IMG/VR virus record: IMGVR_UViG_3300013426_000014
Span: 64,001 to 128,000 of that record
Reading direction: 5' to 3' (one strand)
From: a virus
Lineage: Duplodnaviria; Caudoviricetes
Length of the DNA stretch: 64,000 nucleotides
In this document: positions 58,864 to 64,000 of the stretch, one piece after another
Layout of the letters: every line of letters begins with the position of its first letter
How positions within the stretch are numbered: position 1 is the first letter of the stretch
Translations under genes and position numbers: made by a program
Notes under the pieces: model-generated
What the model saw: the letters and a program-made list of their open reading frames with translations, nothing else
Told to the model about the DNA's origin: nothing
Databases searched by the model: none

Positions 58864-61800
58864 TTATCTGTTAAAATTTGGGCTTTCGACATTATATGAA
58901 ACGGATTTCTTGTCCGCATTCCACACATTGTTCACGTCATCGTTATATGACGACGCGTTAAAAATCTCCTGTGACACCTCGACGCCGGACTTCACGTCCG
59001 ATATCTCGATGTTCGTCGTCGACAGCAGGTATTCCGGCGTCTTCGGAAGGTAGTCGTACACGCATGAATCCGTCGTCGTCCCCCTGTCACTGATGATAAA
59101 GTTCCGCGAGCTGTCCAGATTGATCCTGTCATACCTGTCCTGATCCGGATCCCTCGCGTATTTATTGAAAAAATTATCACTCCACGCCGACCGCACGACG
59201 CTCCAATCCCGTTCGAAATCAATGCCTAAGCCGAACGCGGTCGCGTTCGTGTTGACGCAGTATTTCGTGTCCTCTGAATATTTGTTGAACCACATCTGCC
59301 CGTCCGCCGCGACGTTCTCCGCCGACACGTTCGCCGATCTGAAATCAACACCCATCGTCTCGGATAATTCTTTGTTGTTGAATTTCCAGTCGATCCCACT
59401 CACCGTCTCCGGCTCGAAATATGTCGGATGGACCCAGAACCGCTCCGCCGATCTGTTTGTCTTTATGAATGTCTGGTCAACCGGATCGACGACCGTCACG
59501 CCGAACAGATCCGCCGTCACGTTGTCGTAATATTTCACACCGTCCGCCGTCTTCACCCACATCACCGCGTCTTTTACCGCTGACTTGAAGTCATCGTATG
59601 TCGTTCCGGCATGGTCTGATCCGCCGTCGTTCGCCCCGATTTTTCATATGACCGCCGGACCGTCCGTCTCTGTCCTCGCTGTCAGCAGGTTGAACGTCTG
59701 ATCATCCTTCACATATGATCCGGCTGCCGTTCGGATGTCATCGTTTCCGTCTGAATAAAGTCTGTTCACGTTTTTGTCCGTCCCGGCTGGTTTGACCTCC
59801 TTCGCTTTCGAGTGTGCGGTGAATCCCGGGCCGGACGATTCGATGAAGAATTCGTCGCCCGCCGCGAATCGGATCTTCATTTTGGACGGGATTGCCGTCC
59901 GTCATCCTTCGCCGGCGACATGTTCCGAATATACCCGCTCTGATTTCACGGCGGACGGCATTTTCATCGCCGTGAGCCCGCCGAAGTCAATAGATCTGTT
60001 CCTGTCAGCGTACACGAGCGTCGACATGTTCTTATGCCATATGATCGCGATCTCCCGCGCGGTCTCGTCCACGACGATCTCCATGTCATGGTCCGATCCG
60101 TCCTTCACGACGGCGATGATCCCCGCGAAATTGTCTCACTTGTCCGTGTTTATGACGTTCTTCCTTTGTGACGATATGTTGATCTTCACACCGCCCGACA
60201 CCATCTCGACGGTGTTCATCCCCCTTGAATAGAGCGTCGAGAATTTCGGCAGGTGGTTGCTTTCCGTCATCAACATGTCGGATATAGTCAGGTTCCCCGC
60301 GAGGTTCTCGTCCGTCGACAGGAACGTCCCCTCGAAATATTTCCGGTATGTCCCGCCTGATATCTCAGGGCATGACATGTATCCTATCTGAGACGCGAAT
60401 TTCGAGTTCGCCGCATTGCCGTCATAGTCCGCCGGTATGAAGAATGACGTCACCGTGTCGGCCGAGCTGTTGGGATTGTATCTCAACATGCTGTTGTTAT
60501 ATGTCAACTTGATGTTGACGCCGCGGGTATCCGTTCCGACCGCCCGTCATTTGCAGTTGTACGGCGACACGAGCGACACCTGCGATCTCGTGATGTTCCG
60601 CTCATACTTGTGACGGAGGTACTTGTTCATCGACAGCTCCACCGGGTACTTATACGTGTACGGCGTTGTGTTGTAGTCGGTTATCGGGTTTTGCGCGTAA
60701 AGCGGGACGGAGTCGTCCTTCCCGATGTAGCTTGAGAACACCTCCGATGGTCTGTCGGACAGCGTCTTGTCCGCGTCATCCTCGTATATCTCCTCCCCTT
60801 CCGTCGCGCCGCGGTCCGATATCACCTTCTCCGACTCGCCTGCCATCGCGATGTTCGACACGTTGTCCATCACGTCGAAATTGTAGTCCCGCACGGGGAA
60901 TATCCCGCACACGCCGTAATCGAACTCCATCGGTATGTACAGGTATACCGACCGGCTCGTGTCGAGCGGCGACTCCGTGAATATGACGGCACGTTCCGGG
61001 TTGTTATATGAGTACATGTATCCGCCGCCGATCTTCGACAGGTATACATATTTCCCGGACGCGTCCATCGTCATGACCGGCCGTCCGGCCACTGCCTTTT
61101 TGTAGTTGTCGATGTACTGCACCTCGTATGTGTTCAGGCCGGATGCGTCCATGAACTCGACCGTCCACGCCGGCCGCGGGCCGAGCACCTCGAAATTGAT
61201 CGGCGTCAGAGCCGGGTCGTCGTAATCCGACGTTAGCGCGATCTCCGGTTGCTCACCGTTCGAGAAGAACGACACGGCGGCGGATTCTTTTTTGTACGTC
61301 TCCATCATGTCGGCCGACGCGGCGGTATATCTCGATACCCGTTGGAACGTCAGTTTCTTGTCCGATGTTACAGACAGGTTACGGTATGTGGCCTTCGCCT
61401 CGTACGGCCCGTCAAGAATGTTCAGCGCGGCCGCTATGACGGCGCACTGATCGGTCACGCTTTCTCGCTCCGCGTACATAGAGACGCGGGTTATCGTGTA
61501 TTTCCTCCCGTCCGTATCATCCGTTCCGGCGTTGACTGTTACATGGCTGACGCCTTTCTTCTTGTACAGTGGACTGTCGGAGAATATCAGCTCGTATATC
61601 CGTGTGTCAGACTCGTTCGTCTCGTCTATTATTCTGAAATGCTCGCCCGCATGCAGCGCGTCGTTCAGACGCATCGTCACGAACCGCCTCGACTCGATTT
61701 TCCGCGCCATCCCGACAAATACATTGTGACCGGGTTTGTCTTTATATATGTCCGCGTAACCGGATCCCATCATTGTCCCCGATATCCGCCTGCATCGGTC

Positions 61801-63048
61801 AGAATCGGCGCAGCAGTACAGTACGTCAGATCCGGACGCGTCCCAGTCATATGACACCGCATTGCCGTCCGCGTCGATGAACTGACCTCCCACATTATAC
61901 AGCGGACCGTATCCGTTCATCTTAATGTACAGTCCGAAATATGTGTCGATGCTGAACGTGTCCGAATCCGGGTCGTCGAACATGAACTCGAAGTTGACGA
62001 CGCTGTCCGACAGCATGCCGTTGCGCTCGAAACCCAACGTGTAGAAGTTGTCCGCCTGCACCTGGTTCCTGTATTTCAGCGCGTAAGGCGACTCGTATAT
62101 GGTCGACACCGCGCCCTTGTCCAGACTTATGCCAGTGTATGTGTTGAACTGTGTCGGGTTATATGCGACATAAAGCTGGGCGTGCGTCGATTTCGCCCGG
62201 TCCTGTATCGTCCTGACGTAACGGCCGAGCCGCGAGCCCTGCCGCATGTCGTATGACTTGATAATCTTTCCGTCCGCCATCATTTTCTTGAATACGGCCG
62301 TGTCCGACATCGCGGATGTCAGGTCGACTGTTCCCGGGACCTTCATCACGATGAAGAAGTCCGGCAGCGTCTCGCCGATTTTCAGCGGCGCGAGCAGAGC
62401 GAAGTTCTCGCTGTACAGCTTGTCTGTGTTCGTCGTCACGCCGTACCTGTACATGTCGACGTACTGGTCCTTGAAGTCATTGACGACGCTGAATATCTTG
62501 TGTCACTCGTCCGGTACGGCGTACATATATGACTTCGCCGGCATGTTCGCCGCGTATGCCGCCACATTTCTGCCGTAATAGTCGGTGTGCCTTACCGGCA
62601 CGCGCCTGTATTTCCGCCTCGACAGCTCTGCGTTGACCTTGAACGCGTCCAGAAACAGGTCACTGTCAGAGTCGACGACGACCTTCACGTTCCCGGATAT
62701 TTTAGGGTTGACGCGGAGCATCATGTACGACCCCCGCGGCTTATTCAGGTCTACCGCTTTTCGCATATTCGGATCCAGCAAAACCGATTTCGGCCGCTCC
62801 CATGTGAAAGTGGTCTGCACTTCGTCAATCACGAGATGGATCTCTGTCTGATCCGCCTTGATTTTCCTGTCAATGCGGATGGATATTATGGTCGGCTTCC
62901 CGTAATTGATACCTTCTTTCGGTAATTTTGACAACGGCCACGCATTCACCAATATATGGTCGAGCGCGTCCGCGTCCAATGACGACACGTCGCCGGCCTT
63001 GACCGACGACGCCCGCACGAGATATTCGTTGTCTATAAGCGCCGGCAT
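58864..63048 (-). CDS. Large structural protein (1394 aa)
   Basis: Six fragments join across five TGA; TAA 58864-58866. Confidence 0.7.
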
Positions 63049-63068
63049 CCTCGCCTGTCGTTATGTTT

Positions 63069-64000
63069 CTATTTTTCCTCCAGCGACTCGACCCTGCTGT
63101 TCAGCTCCGCTATGAGCTTGAGCGCCGCGGTCATCGTGTCGGAAAGCGGGGTGGTGACGACGGTCACGTTACCCTGATCGTCCGTTATCCGCTGCTGGAA
63201 GAATATGTTGTCAGCAGAGTGCTTATACTGCTCCGTCGCGTCATTCAGATGCGTGTACACGCCCGCGGCATCCATTGTCTGCTGCAGCACGACCGCGGTC
63301 ACGTCGTCCTTCGACGACTCCACTATCTCAGACACGCTGTCGTTCGTCGAAAGGTTCTCAGGGAACTCTACTATCACGGAGTCGCTCCACCTCGACTTCG
63401 CCGGGTTGCGCGGATATCCCGCCTCTGATATCGATCTCGCCTTGATCTCGACCTTCTCGCCATATCGTATCGGTATGTCTATCTGGTTGATGTTGATGAC
63501 GTCGCCGTCGGCGGACTGCTCATCCTTCCATATGTACGTCCCGGTCTCGTCGTCCCATACCTGTTCGCGTGTTAGCGACGTGACCATGTTCCAGTCGGAG
63601 AACACCGCCTTCGCCGTCTCTGTCGTCCCGTCCGCCGCCGTCTTTGTATACGTGAACGTGTCGAGCGACACGCCGGAGTCGTTGGTGTGCAAGTATCTGT
63701 ACATTATGTCGAACCCTATCACCTCTTGACGGCCGAGCCCGTTCGCCGAGTCGGCGTATTGAGCGTCCGGTATCTGGAAGAATCCGCGTATGTGGTATTT
63801 CGGACTGTAACTTATCGCGCCGGATTTGTTCAACAGCGTGTTTAGGTCCGTCACGGCCGACTCGTACCGCTGCGTCGCGTTCTGCAGTTTCGCCGTGTCG
63901 GAGTCGATCAGGTTTTTCAATGTCGTGATGTTCGTCTCTGAAGTTTCCGTCACGAGCTGGTTCTTGTATCCTGATATATTGGTATTCAATGAGTTGACCT
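63069..64000 (-). CDS. Structural protein, C-terminal part (runs off the window)
   Basis: Coiled coil plus beta-rich domain (PKYHIRGFF, INQIDIPI); TAG stop. Confidence 0.6.
   Translation of the reverse strand, partial: VNSLNTNISGYKNQLVTETSETNITTLKNLIDSDTAKLQNATQRYESAVTDLNTLLNKSGAISYSPKYHIRGFFQIPDAQYADSANGLGRQEVIGFDIMYRYLHTNDSGVSLDTFTYTKTAADGTTETAKAVFSDWNMVTSLTREQVWDDETGTYIWKDEQSADGDVININQIDIPIRYGEKVEIKARSISEAGYPRNPAKSRWSDSVIVEFPENLSTNDSVSEIVESSKDDVTAVVLQQTMDAAGVYTHLNDATEQYKHSADNIFFQQRITDDQGNVTVVTTPLSDTMTAALKLIAELNSRVESLEEK

Noticed and set aside
3891-63048. Widespread pseudogenisation or sequencing errors as the cause of fragmented ORFs
   Set aside because: All interruptions are in-frame TGA, never TAA, TAG or frameshifts, and they fall at conserved Trp positions in essential genes
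1-64000. Suppressor tRNA-Trp(UCA), release factor or DGR reverse transcriptase
   Set aside because: No tRNA-like sequence, GGQ-type release factor or RT motif recognised by eye. A tRNAscan/HMM run on the whole genome is needed.

Overview
This 64-kb window is the packaging and morphogenesis region of a large T4-like (jumbo) myophage that reads TGA as tryptophan (genetic code 4). The supplied ORF track stops at TGA and so fragments most genes. With TGA=Trp the fragments join in frame into about 45 closely packed genes, all ending in TAA or TAG. They include a clamp loader, small terminase, gp25-, gp26-, gp51-, gp5-, gp53-, gp14- and gp15-like structural proteins, a gp55-like late sigma factor, a UvsW helicase, putative holin and spanin-like proteins, two glycosyltransferases and a ~2750-aa Ig/BACON-repeat protein. 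Five observations stand out. (1) The large terminase is split into two genes 2.8 kb apart, joined by an atypically split intein inside the Walker A motif, with an endonuclease-like remnant and two HExxH metallopeptidase paralogs between the halves. (2) The late sigma factor itself contains an in-frame TGA, so the code switch could gate the late programme. (3) T4-type late promoters (NATAAATA) recur, four of them inside hairpin loops. (4) There is a candidate +1 frameshift (UUU-CGA) between the gp26-like and gp51-like genes. (5) A set of predicted head-packaged proteins carries L/V-x-E processing motifs. BACON-like repeats, a Bacteroidota-phage-type membrane protein and A/T-rich leaders suggest a Bacteroidota host (inference). 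All family calls come from recognising motifs by eye, not from database searches. No tRNA, rRNA or CRISPR array was seen.
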